Positions 1 to 9,746 of a stretch of 50,280 nt of DNA are shown in pieces. Each line of letters starts with the position of its first letter. The first letter of the stretch is position 1. The translations under genes were made by a program, and so were the position numbers. Origin of the DNA: a virus (lineage: Duplodnaviria > Caudoviricetes); IMG/VR virus record IMGVR_UViG_3300017903_002974, positions 1-50,280 of that record; one strand, 5' to 3'. Below the pieces are notes generated by a model. It saw only the letters and a list, made by a program, of their open reading frames with translations. It was not told where the DNA came from and ran no database searches.

Positions 1-2517
1 AAGAATCCACCAGAAGCACCCGAACCAAAGCAAAGGAAGCAGAAAGAAAAACTAGTAAAGATTAAGCGAGCAGTTAAGCCCAAGTCTTACTTCAAAGAAC
101 AGCAGGGACCGAAACCTTTAGAAAATCTAAGTGCTTTCTTAGGTGGTAAAGTAAAGAGTGCCTTTGGTCGTGCTGCTGATGCCAGAAGAATGGCAAATGA
201 GGCTGGAATGCCTAAGCAGAAGAAAGGATTCTATGTTACTAGAGCATTAGGTCTTGAGTTTGGTGGTGATAAAATTGCTAGAACCAGGGGAACATTTTCG
301 AGATCACCTGACGCTACTTTAGATCCATCTCTCACTAAACAGCAGAGATATATGGAGGGGATGTTTGGATCTAGAACCATACGTCCAGGAAAAACAGTTG
401 ATAACAATGTAGAAAAATTAGAAGATGCTCTTAGTAAATTAGAAAATACTTTAAGAGAGACTGTAAAGACGAAAGAAAATACTCCAGAGTCTGAAGTTTC
501 TTCATTAGAAAAGACTGTTAATGAGTTACGTGATGCTCTTATCAAAAACAATAAGGCACAGAAAGATATTGTAAGAGTAAAAACAGAACAGTTAGAATTA
601 GATTATGAAGTTGCCAATCATAAAGAAATGGCAGCGAAAGAATCTGAGATGGAAAAGGGTGAAGATCTTAGTGACTTTGTTGATGGAGTGCCTGAGAAAA
701 AAGAAGAGAAGGAAGAAGAAGGTGGGGGTGGACTTGACATTGGCGACATGTTCGACAAGTTCAGGAAAAGTAAGTGGTTGAAGAGACTGAAAAATCCTAA
801 ACGTCTTGCCAGAACACTCTTTAGATATGGTAGACGATTTATATTCAAACCACTCAAGGCAGCAGCAACTAAAGTTGCTGGCGTGGTTTCTGGCGCTGCT
901 GCTACCACTGCTGCCATTGTTGGTGGCGTAGGTCTTGCTGCCTCTGGTCTGGGTGAAGGATTCTTTCAACTCACTAAGAAGGGTGGTGCTGGAGAAAAGA
1001 CAAGAGATGCTCTAAAGAAAAAGGGAGAAGAGATTGGTGGTCCATTAGGTTCTCTTATTGGAGGAGTTGGAAACCTAGCAGGATTCTCTACCGAAGCAAC
1101 CAAGGTAACAGGTAATGCTCTTGATGCTATCGGTGCTCCATTTAGATATGCTATTGAAGGCATTCGTTATCCATTCCTGAATGAAGAGGACAGAGAAAAG
1201 CAAGCGGATAATCTCGCCAAGTTTGACGCTAGAATCCGAGAGTACAGTCGTGGGTGGATGAATCGTATTGATTTCATGAACGTCGTTCCTGATGAGAAGG
1301 GTGGGTTCGGCAACATTTATGGAAATGATGATGCTCAAAAAGAGATGATGGAAAAGATGTCTGAGGGTGGAACTATTCCTGAGCCAAAGTTCCAGGGTAT
1401 CAGTGGTGCTAGATTGACGGGTGATCTCGGACAGGGTGTTAAGGCAATGGTTGGCGAAGCAGGACCAGAAATGGTGATGAGAGCGGGCATGAATCCACTA
1501 CAATCTCTTGCTCCCATGATCAGTGCTGTGAGAGAAATCACGAAGAGAGTAGGACCCTGGGGTGATCCTATCGAGACGTATGTACAGCAAGTGACTGGTC
1601 CTTTAGCAAAACAATTAAAGTTACCAGTCATTCCTACTAATGTTGACATTGGTGAAGGAGATATTACACCGAAAGATACTGGTGATAGAAAAATCTTGGG
1701 TAAAAAACAAAACATTTTTCAAAAAATGTTAGGTTCTTTATTTGGTGGAGCAGCACAAGCAAAAGGCATGGGTCTTGGTATGAATATCACTCCTAATATG
1801 GGTGGCGGTGATGGTAAAACTACTGCTGGTGCTGTTTATGATTACCTATTATCAAAAGGCATGAGTGAAAATCATGCTAAAGGTATCACTGCTAACATCA
1901 GTAGAGAGTCTGGTTTTAAATTAGGAGCACATAATCCTAATGATCCAGGCGCTGGTTCGTTTGGATTATTCCAATGGAATGGTGGTAGAGCACAGAATAT
2001 GATGGCAGCAGTTCCTGACTGGCAGACAAATTGGAAGGGACAGATTGACTATGCTCTCGGTGAAGATCATGGTCCTAGATATCTCTCTAGTACATTCCCA
2101 ACGGCAGGAGCAGCAGCATATGATTGGATGAAGTATTGGGAAAGACCCGCTGAATATGTTCAAGCAAAGTATACCCCCGCCGCTTATGAAGGTATGATTC
2201 AAAAGATGAATTTAACTAGGGGTATGAGTCAGCAACAAACTCCCGATGCTCCAGTCGTAGAAGCACCCGAGACTACACTACCCACGCCACAACATCAGGG
2301 TCCAGTCATCCCAGCACCACAAAGACCAGAGGCACCAGCGACTCCAGCACCCGCTCCTCCGCCTCCAATGGCACCAGCATCCAGTCCCATCCTTACCTTA
2401 CCCATTACTCCCCCGCCTGTCCCACAGCAGCAGCAGGAGCAATCTCTGTTTATGCCACAGTCTAAAACCGAAGATCCATTTGAACGATGGAGAAAACTTC
2501 GTCTAGCTACGAACTAA
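1..2517 (+). CDS. Tape-measure/baseplate-hub-like virion protein with C-terminal phage tail lysozyme domain (5' partial)
   Basis: Frame 1 is open from base 1 (KNPPEAPEPK...NLSAFLGGKVKSAFGRAADARR-MANE), so the true start lies upstream of the window. It has a coiled-coil region, a tape-measure-like SEGG...MVGEAGPE motif, lysozyme motifs VYDYLLSKG..GITANISRESG, GLFQWNGGR and YWERP (~1830-2200), and a Pro-rich tail. Confidence 0.75.
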   Translation, partial: KNPPEAPEPKQRKQKEKLVKIKRAVKPKSYFKEQQGPKPLENLSAFLGGKVKSAFGRAADARRMANEAGMPKQKKGFYVTRALGLEFGGDKIARTRGTFSRSPDATLDPSLTKQQRYMEGMFGSRTIRPGKTVDNNVEKLEDALSKLENTLRETVKTKENTPESEVSSLEKTVNELRDALIKNNKAQKDIVRVKTEQLELDYEVANHKEMAAKESEMEKGEDLSDFVDGVPEKKEEKEEEGGGGLDIGDMFDKFRKSKWLKRLKNPKRLARTLFRYGRRFIFKPLKAAATKVAGVVSGAAATTAAIVGGVGLAASGLGEGFFQLTKKGGAGEKTRDALKKKGEEIGGPLGSLIGGVGNLAGFSTEATKVTGNALDAIGAPFRYAIEGIRYPFLNEEDREKQADNLAKFDARIREYSRGWMNRIDFMNVVPDEKGGFGNIYGNDDAQKEMMEKMSEGGTIPEPKFQGISGARLTGDLGQGVKAMVGEAGPEMVMRAGMNPLQSLAPMISAVREITKRVGPWGDPIETYVQQVTGPLAKQLKLPVIPTNVDIGEGDITPKDTGDRKILGKKQNIFQKMLGSLFGGAAQAKGMGLGMNITPNMGGGDGKTTAGAVYDYLLSKGMSENHAKGITANISRESGFKLGAHNPNDPGAGSFGLFQWNGGRAQNMMAAVPDWQTNWKGQIDYALGEDHGPRYLSSTFPTAGAAAYDWMKYWERPAEYVQAKYTPAAYEGMIQKMNLTRGMSQQQTPDAPVVEAPETTLPTPQHQGPVIPAPQRPEAPATPAPAPPPPMAPASSPILTLPITPPPVPQQQQEQSLFMPQSKTEDPFERWRKLRLATN

Positions 2518-2520
2518 ATA
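2514..2520 (+). promoter_or_regulatory. T4-type late promoter (CTAAATA)
   Basis: TAAATA core 20 nt upstream of ATG 2541, overlapping the previous stop codon. Confidence 0.55.
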
Positions 2521-2540
2521 CAATTAAGTAGGTATCTTGT

Positions 2541-4721
2541 ATGGCACACGGATTTAATTCGTATCAACAACCAACTTATGGCAATCTTTCTTCTTATATT
2601 GGGGGGAAGGTTAAAGATTCTTTTGCCATGGCGGCAGACGAAAGACGTGCTAGAGATGAAGAAGTCAAGACTCTCCAAGCAAAAGAAGAAAGGACAGAAG
2701 AAGAAACGGAGAGACTAAATTTTTTAACCAAACAACAGGGGAGAAAGAAAGGATCTTTCTTCGGTAAAGCTTTATCTGCTCAGTTTGGTGGAGATAAATT
2801 ACGTAGAACACAAGGATATTTTAAAAAAAATCCTGACGATACACAAGATCCATCACTCACAAAAGAACAAAGATTTTCTGCTTTATTAAATAGAGCAGAA
2901 ATACCAGACGCTCCACTACCACCACCACCCGATGATCTTGACCCCATGGATTATGGGGATGGTAATGCTCAAGCGCCTGTACCTCAGCAATCATTGTTAG
3001 ATAAGTTACTGTCTCACATTAAATCTTCTTACGAAAGAATTGGCGCTAAAGTATCAGCATTACAGTCAGCAGAATCAAAAACATCTGCTGTAAAAGAGAA
3101 AGATAATACAACACTTGCTAAGATTACATCCACACTTGATAGCATCAAACAATACTTCAATAAAGATAATCAACTTAAAATTGAAGAAAATAATATCGAG
3201 AAACAAAAACTTTCTATAGAAAGGGATGGTCTTGATGATGCCAAGGCAGCTAGAGCAGAAGCAAACTTAGAGAAGGGGGAGGACTTAAGTACATTTGGAG
3301 ATGTAGAACCAGCTAAAGAGGGTAAAAGTATATTCAAGACTCTAACAGATGGGGTTGGAAACCTTTTTAAAATGTTTGGCAAGAAGAAATCCAAAGGTGT
3401 TATGCCACAGTCTAAGGCATATAGTAATCCCATTGGACCACAACCAATGAATTCTTCTACACCATGGGCAGCAAAAGGTGCTGGTGATCGTGGTGGTATG
3501 TTTGGTAATATGGGTTTCACTCCCAGACTACCTGCCACAAAATTATCCGAGGGTGGTATTGTTGACAACCCCACGATAACTAAGTTAAATCCAGGTGATT
3601 CAGTCATTCCCTTGAATAGAAACAATGCTCTTGCCCAATCTTTTAAGGCAGCAGGACCAGTGGTAGGTGCTGATATAGCACAACCAATGGCAGAGATTAT
3701 TCAATTACCAACCAAGGTTGGTGGTGGGTTATTAGTTGGATTGATGTCTAAAGTGACAGAAAAACTTGGCGGATTATCTACGATATTAAAACCTGCTATT
3801 GAACGTGTTGCCCAACCTATAGTAAAAATGTTTGGGTTACCAGCAACTGTTGTCTCTGCTATGTTTGGTGGAGCACCAGCAGCAGCGGCTACTATGGATC
3901 TAGATTTTGATCTATCAAAGTTCTTTGATCCCAAGTCAGAATCAACACAACCAACACAACCGTCTGGTGGTCCTGGTGGTCCAGCAGCAGCACCTAATTT
4001 ATCAGGAACTAGTGTTGTTAATGAAGTAACAGGAGACGGATTGTTATTATCTGCTGCTCAAGGTGGTCATGCTGAAGTTGGTGTTACTAGTGGATTTGGA
4101 CCTCGTAGTTCTCCTGGTGGTGTTGGTTCAACTAACCATCAGGGTGTAGACATTGGAACCAGTGGACAGAAAGGATATAAGGTTGCTTTCAAACGTGGAG
4201 GAACTGTTACTCATGCTGGCACTGCTGGAGGATTTGGCAACCTAGTTATCATTAAAGATGAAGATGGTACTGAGTATTACTTTGGACACCTCGCTAATAT
4301 TAACCCAGACATCAGGGTTGGTGCTGAGTACACTGGTCAAACTATTGGCGAGATTGGTAACACTGGCACAGGAACTGGAGAACATTTACACTTCGAGAAG
4401 CATCCCAATGGTGGTGCTGCTGTTAATCCTATCAATGACATCGGTCTGCTATCTATTGGTAAGGAAACACGAAGTCTACCTGCCAATGATGCTCCACAAA
4501 TTGATCTTGCTGGTCTCAATAAACCAGACTCTCCCGACACTACAGTTAATATAGATACTTCACAGTTACAACAAACATCTCCTGCTCTTGCTCAAATTGT
4601 ACAGATGAATCAGCAGATGGCACAGAAACAAGAGAGACCTGTTTTATCTACTCCTGGGTTATCTGGGTTGACTGTTAGGGATCCTTCTGACATCGATTTC
4701 TCTTATGCTTTCCAATTCTAA
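2541..4721 (+). CDS. Tape-measure/baseplate-hub-like virion protein with C-terminal M23 peptidase
   Basis: VTSGFGPR..HQGVD (HxxxD), GGFGNLVII, YFGHL and IGNTG..TGEHLHFE (HxH) form an M23 zinc endopeptidase. The N-terminus is paralogous to the upstream gene. Confidence 0.8.
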   Translation: MAHGFNSYQQPTYGNLSSYIGGKVKDSFAMAADERRARDEEVKTLQAKEERTEEETERLNFLTKQQGRKKGSFFGKALSAQFGGDKLRRTQGYFKKNPDDTQDPSLTKEQRFSALLNRAEIPDAPLPPPPDDLDPMDYGDGNAQAPVPQQSLLDKLLSHIKSSYERIGAKVSALQSAESKTSAVKEKDNTTLAKITSTLDSIKQYFNKDNQLKIEENNIEKQKLSIERDGLDDAKAARAEANLEKGEDLSTFGDVEPAKEGKSIFKTLTDGVGNLFKMFGKKKSKGVMPQSKAYSNPIGPQPMNSSTPWAAKGAGDRGGMFGNMGFTPRLPATKLSEGGIVDNPTITKLNPGDSVIPLNRNNALAQSFKAAGPVVGADIAQPMAEIIQLPTKVGGGLLVGLMSKVTEKLGGLSTILKPAIERVAQPIVKMFGLPATVVSAMFGGAPAAAATMDLDFDLSKFFDPKSESTQPTQPSGGPGGPAAAPNLSGTSVVNEVTGDGLLLSAAQGGHAEVGVTSGFGPRSSPGGVGSTNHQGVDIGTSGQKGYKVAFKRGGTVTHAGTAGGFGNLVIIKDEDGTEYYFGHLANINPDIRVGAEYTGQTIGEIGNTGTGTGEHLHFEKHPNGGAAVNPINDIGLLSIGKETRSLPANDAPQIDLAGLNKPDSPDTTVNIDTSQLQQTSPALAQIVQMNQQMAQKQERPVLSTPGLSGLTVRDPSDIDFSYAFQF

Positions 4722-6115
4722 TGGCAAATACAAACGTAAATTCTATTGAAATTAAAGAAGTATTTTTTTATGACGTGAGAGGTGGTAAGCATGATCTCAC
4801 ATCAGCTGCTACTGGATTTTTTTATTATGAAAGTATATTTAAACCTTTTGTGTCTGGTGTTATAAACATTGCTGACTCTGGTAGTAACTTCATCGGAACA
4901 TTGCCAATTCAAGGTGGGGAAAGAGTCACTATCAAGATCAAAGATGTGTTTGATGATGAGTATGAGTTTGATCTACATGTATGGAAAATATACAACAGAA
5001 CGTTCACTAAAAATTTACAAACATATAATTTGGCATTGATATCTAAAGAAGCGTTGTTTAATGAGGGTGTTAGATTAACTGAGATCTTAAAGGGGACGCC
5101 TGATGCTATCGTAAAGAAAATTTTAACAAATTATTTGAACACCGAGAAAGAAGTTAACGTAGAAAACTGTAAGTATCAAGTTAACTTCTTCCCCAATGGC
5201 AAGAAGGCACACAGTATCATACAAAGTTTGGCACAGAAATCTGTACCGAACTCATCATCTTCAACAAAAGGTAACGCCGATAAAACTACAGCAGCAGCGA
5301 AGACAGGACTCTCTGGTGACACAAAGAAAGCATCGGGGACAGCTGGATACTTATTCTTTGAAAACAGGGATGGATTTAACTTCAGATCTATTGACTATTA
5401 CTACAGTACAGGTGCTGATAAATTTGGCGGCACAGAAGAAGTAGCAACGTATGAAGTCAAACCAAACCAAGACAATCCCGATCGTTATACTATAGAAAAT
5501 TATGGATTTACTAATGAAATTGACATCATCGAACAGATGAGAAATGGAACTTACTCCAGTCATTTAGTATCCTATAATTACTCGACAGGTTTCTATGAAG
5601 AGTACAGATATAATTTACAAGAAAATTACGATAGCATGGCACACCTAGGTAGTCAAGCACAACTAGGTAAAATGCAGAAGGAGTTGTCAATCAATCCTAG
5701 TAGAGTCATGACAGTTTTAATTGATCATGAGACATGGCATGATGAAGAGACGCCAGGATCAACGGAGCAGAGAGATAATCCTGATGGCAACGGATCAAAT
5801 TATCCAGACTATCAGAAACATTGGCTCGCCCAGAGTATTGCTAGAAGATATTTCATGGAGAATCAGAAACTGGAGATAGAAATTCCTGGAAACATGGAGT
5901 TATCAGTTGGCGATAAGATTGAAGTCAAACTACCAAATATGGCAGCAGAAACTGTCAGACAAACAGAAAGATATGACTTGGAAAATAGCGGTACGTACTT
6001 GATTGCTTCTCTATCACATAACAATGTCTTCCTAAATAGTAGCATGTGTACTACTAGACTTGAATTGATAAGGGATATTTACGGCATGAAAGATTACTCA
6101 AGCAATGTAAAGTGA
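4721..6115 (+). CDS. Baseplate hub protein (T4 gp27-like)
   Basis: 464 aa, directly before gp5. Motifs YYESI..P..SG.I.I.D, YLFFEN.DGFNFRS, IEIPGN.EL.VGD.I and SGTYLI..L.H are typical of gp27/GpD-like hubs. Confidence 0.65.
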   Translation: MANTNVNSIEIKEVFFYDVRGGKHDLTSAATGFFYYESIFKPFVSGVINIADSGSNFIGTLPIQGGERVTIKIKDVFDDEYEFDLHVWKIYNRTFTKNLQTYNLALISKEALFNEGVRLTEILKGTPDAIVKKILTNYLNTEKEVNVENCKYQVNFFPNGKKAHSIIQSLAQKSVPNSSSSTKGNADKTTAAAKTGLSGDTKKASGTAGYLFFENRDGFNFRSIDYYYSTGADKFGGTEEVATYEVKPNQDNPDRYTIENYGFTNEIDIIEQMRNGTYSSHLVSYNYSTGFYEEYRYNLQENYDSMAHLGSQAQLGKMQKELSINPSRVMTVLIDHETWHDEETPGSTEQRDNPDGNGSNYPDYQKHWLAQSIARRYFMENQKLEIEIPGNMELSVGDKIEVKLPNMAAETVRQTERYDLENSGTYLIASLSHNNVFLNSSMCTTRLELIRDIYGMKDYSSNVK

Positions 6116-6116
6116 T

Positions 6117-9100
6117 ATGGATCCAGCAGTATCTTCACTCTTTCCCATACATCAGATTGGTGCTGACGGATTCTCTTGGTGGGTCGGTCAGATTGAAACT
6201 GAAAAGCATGGCGATCCAAAAAAGTCTGGTAGATATCGTGTACGTATTGTAGGTCAGCATCTAAAAGACTGTGATGCTACTACCACGGAACAGTTGCCGT
6301 GGGCAAATGTAATGATGCCTGTTACCACACCTTTCAGTGATGGTGGTGCTACTGGAGCTACAGTAGACCTAAGACAGGGTAATTGGGTTGTAGGATTCTA
6401 CTTAGACAATGACAAACAAAAACCTATCATCATGGGATCCATCGGTCATACAGCTGGTGCTACCCAACGATCCAATGTTCAATCCGATCCTAATCCTGGG
6501 GAGACATGTAAATCTTTTAGTACGTTTTTACAGGAGTCAAATCCATCTCTCCATAAACCACTGGGATCGAAAGAGAAGAGGAATGGTGACCAACCAGCAA
6601 GTAGCACCACCGCCGAGGACACTGGAGTTACTTCTGTGGGGGAAGCAGGGCAGATAGCAGCTGCTGTTCCTGGTCAAATGCCACCAGCATTCTATGGATT
6701 GTTTGCTGAAGCATCTACCACAAATCCGACAGGAAATAAAGTATGTGTAGAAATTGCTAACCCCAACTGTGGATCTGAAAATGATTTAAAGGGTGGACTC
6801 ACCACAATCATTGGCGAGATGCTCAAGGCGACACAACAATCTGGTGGAAACTTGGGGTCGTTTTACGTTAGTAAAATCAATGGAGAACTAAACAACTACA
6901 TTGATCATGGCATGGAATATGTCAACAAAGCAGTTAGATTAGTAAAAAGTTTTATTGCTAGAGTTAAAGGCGAGATTGTAAAATTAATTCGGGAAGGTGT
7001 TGACCAGTTAGTACAACTCATTCTGTATGAAGAAGTAGCAGCAGAAACTGTTGAGAAAGCAGTTGCCAAAGCAAAAACGTCGGAGATTGATAATGTTTCA
7101 GAAGCAGAAGAACCTGCCACTAAAACACAGTCTAGACTCAAACCAATTCTAGATGCCATCAATGATGTACTAGATGATCTTGGATGTTCTATGGCAGACC
7201 TGACTGATCGTCTTGCCAGGTGGTTGACTGATCTTCTTTTAGGTTATTTGATGGATGCTTTCTCCAATGCTGCTTGCTTAGTTGATAGCGTTGTCAATGG
7301 TATCCTCAATCAAATCTTAGCGTTTATTGAAAGTTTGATCGGTAATGTTCTTGGTCCATTACAACAACTCTTACAACTATTAGCATCACCATTAGATATT
7401 ATTGGTAACGCTATTAACAAAGTATTAAATCTGCTTGGAATTTCTTGTGATGGTCCAGCAGCAAAGTGTGAGGAGTTTTTGAAAGAGTGTACTGATTGTG
7501 GAGTTGGTGAAACTGAAGATTGGTTGGACAAGTTGATTGATGATATTGAAAGTGGAAATCTCGATAACACAACATATGTTTGTGATGAGGCAAAGAATAC
7601 CAGTGCCAAAGATTCTTTACCTCCAACCAACATTATTTTTATTGGTGGAACATTCCCACCTGGAGATCCAACGGATGATGGTATACCAACAGACATTTTT
7701 GTCTCTTATTCCTTCAATGATATTGAAGTTACTGAGGGAGAGCAAGCAGTATTTACAATCACTAGAGGTGGTAACGTATCGAGTGCTTCCAGTATTACAT
7801 TCACTATCCTCGGCGGAACTGCTGAAGAAGGTGTAGATTATGATAAAATTTACTCTGGAAGTTCTGTAGGTTTTGCTCCTGGGTCAACCGAAAGAACTAT
7901 TGAGTTTGAGACATACAAAGATACACAAACCGAAGGACCAGAAACATTCTTCATTAAGATTGAAGAAAATGTTACACCTGAAGGACTAATTGCTACTTTT
8001 CCTGGTGGCAATGTTAAGAAGTGTACGATCGACGATTTTTCCAGCGAAGATCTATCACCACCACCTAATTTACCACCAGACAGTCCATATGTTCCACCAG
8101 TATTAGTCACTGTAACACCTGTACAAACTACTCCTATTCTTGGAACTACATTTGTTCCAGAAGATGTACAAACTATCTCTATCACTACAGATAAAACATT
8201 CTATAGTGAGGGGGAGACTATTAGATATACTGTAGATTCTTCGGGTTATCCACCTGGCACAGTGTTTACATATACTATTGAAGGTGATGTGAATGAAGAT
8301 GATATTGAAGGTGGTCTGACAGGATCATTTACTATTGGATCTACTGGAGCATCAGCATTTTCTAGAGAGATTTTAGTGAATGAAGATGTTGAGGATGATG
8401 TAGATCCTTTAGAATCTATTACATTATTTGTTGATGGCACTCAAGCATATGCCAACGCTTTCATTCTTGCTGGAGATGATGCTGACAATACACAAATTCG
8501 TTGGTCTGTGTCAAGTGACGTAAGTTATATTCGTGAAGGAGAAACAGCAACATTTACTGTTACTACATTAAATGTACCTGACGGCACGAACTTTACTTAT
8601 GTTTTAGAGGGAACGATTACAGAGACTGATATTGTTGGTTACAGATTAGAATCTAGCGTTGACATTGATGCTAGACCACTACAAATTATTGACAATCAGT
8701 GTATTATTCCTATTCAAGCTACACAAGACGGTGAAGTTGAGGAAACAGAATATTTTGACTTTAGAATCAAATCATATGTTGATAGTAATGGAGACACACA
8801 AGTTGTTGAGAATGTAAGTACACAAGTTGTTATTTTGGCGGCAGAAGAAGTTGATGATGACACCATCCCATTATATTCTGTCACCACAGATAAACTAGAG
8901 TATAACGAGGGAGAAACAATCGTTTATACTATCAACACACAAAATGTTCCCAATGGTACTCTCCTACAGTATACACTGTACGGCGATGGTATCAAGAAGA
9001 CAGATGTTATTCCCGAATCTTTATTTGGTACATTCACTGTGATAAACAGTGAAGCAACCGTTTACATTGGCATTGCTGAAGATAATGATATAGAAGAATC

Positions 9101-9740
9101 TGAAGTTATGACTTTTGTTATTAATGGTACAGGTGCTACGGCTGATGTTGTTATTATTAATACATCAGACGACGAGGACAAACCAGAACCACCTCCACAA
9201 AAACCATGCCTAGACAAACCCGTTGCTGGTAAACCGATCACAGATGCCAATGGAAGCATCATTAGTATTCCGATTATTGATAAAGGTTGTCCTTATATCT
9301 TCCCACCGAAAGTTATTATTACTGGACCAGGATATGGAGCTTCTGCTGTCGCCTTAACAGATCCTAGCGGCAAAGTTAGTGAGGTTCGTGTTACTAGAAC
9401 TGGTACAGGATACAATCTCAATGAACCAGGAGAACTACGTTGTGTAATCGACTCTTATACAATCATTAGTCCTGGACAAGGATATACAGAAGCACCTGAT
9501 GTGTATATTGATGGCATTGCTGGTCGTGCTACAGCGATCATAGATGAGCGAGGATATGTAATTAGTATCCAACCAACAGATAGAACATCTACATGGAACG
9601 AGATACCGATTGTTAGAATTGTGGGTGGCGGAGGATCTGGTGCCCGTGTTGTTCCTTCTGTTGTCTGCCTAGATACTAAGGAGTATGAAGATCAGGGTTA
9701 TGCCAAGATTGGCACTGGTCGTTATGTTGATTGCCCATAA
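6117..9740 (+). CDS. gp5: gp5-like baseplate hub/spike, N-terminal part (OB-fold) with Calx-beta-like repeats
   Basis: Gp5 OB-fold motifs WWVGQIE..GRYRVRIVG.H..LPWA..P and G.WVVGF.LD..QKPIIMGSI. A helical Cys-containing region follows, then four EGE(Q/T)..(F/Y)T(I/V) Calx-beta-like units. No T4 lysozyme domain is visible. Confidence 0.8.
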   Translation: MDPAVSSLFPIHQIGADGFSWWVGQIETEKHGDPKKSGRYRVRIVGQHLKDCDATTTEQLPWANVMMPVTTPFSDGGATGATVDLRQGNWVVGFYLDNDKQKPIIMGSIGHTAGATQRSNVQSDPNPGETCKSFSTFLQESNPSLHKPLGSKEKRNGDQPASSTTAEDTGVTSVGEAGQIAAAVPGQMPPAFYGLFAEASTTNPTGNKVCVEIANPNCGSENDLKGGLTTIIGEMLKATQQSGGNLGSFYVSKINGELNNYIDHGMEYVNKAVRLVKSFIARVKGEIVKLIREGVDQLVQLILYEEVAAETVEKAVAKAKTSEIDNVSEAEEPATKTQSRLKPILDAINDVLDDLGCSMADLTDRLARWLTDLLLGYLMDAFSNAACLVDSVVNGILNQILAFIESLIGNVLGPLQQLLQLLASPLDIIGNAINKVLNLLGISCDGPAAKCEEFLKECTDCGVGETEDWLDKLIDDIESGNLDNTTYVCDEAKNTSAKDSLPPTNIIFIGGTFPPGDPTDDGIPTDIFVSYSFNDIEVTEGEQAVFTITRGGNVSSASSITFTILGGTAEEGVDYDKIYSGSSVGFAPGSTERTIEFETYKDTQTEGPETFFIKIEENVTPEGLIATFPGGNVKKCTIDDFSSEDLSPPPNLPPDSPYVPPVLVTVTPVQTTPILGTTFVPEDVQTISITTDKTFYSEGETIRYTVDSSGYPPGTVFTYTIEGDVNEDDIEGGLTGSFTIGSTGASAFSREILVNEDVEDDVDPLESITLFVDGTQAYANAFILAGDDADNTQIRWSVSSDVSYIREGETATFTVTTLNVPDGTNFTYVLEGTITETDIVGYRLESSVDIDARPLQIIDNQCIIPIQATQDGEVEETEYFDFRIKSYVDSNGDTQVVENVSTQVVILAAEEVDDDTIPLYSVTTDKLEYNEGETIVYTINTQNVPNGTLLQYTLYGDGIKKTDVIPESLFGTFTVINSEATVYIGIAEDNDIEESEVMTFVINGTGATADVVIINTSDDEDKPEPPPQKPCLDKPVAGKPITDANGSIISIPIIDKGCPYIFPPKVIITGPGYGASAVALTDPSGKVSEVRVTRTGTGYNLNEPGELRCVIDSYTIISPGQGYTEAPDVYIDGIAGRATAIIDERGYVISIQPTDRTSTWNEIPIVRIVGGGGSGARVVPSVVCLDTKEYEDQGYAKIGTGRYVDCP

Positions 9741-9746
9741 AGAATT

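Noticed and set aside
190-192. ATG 190 as the start of the first gene
   Set aside because: The frame is open from base 1, and the upstream translation is homologous to the N-terminus of the paralogue at 2541.
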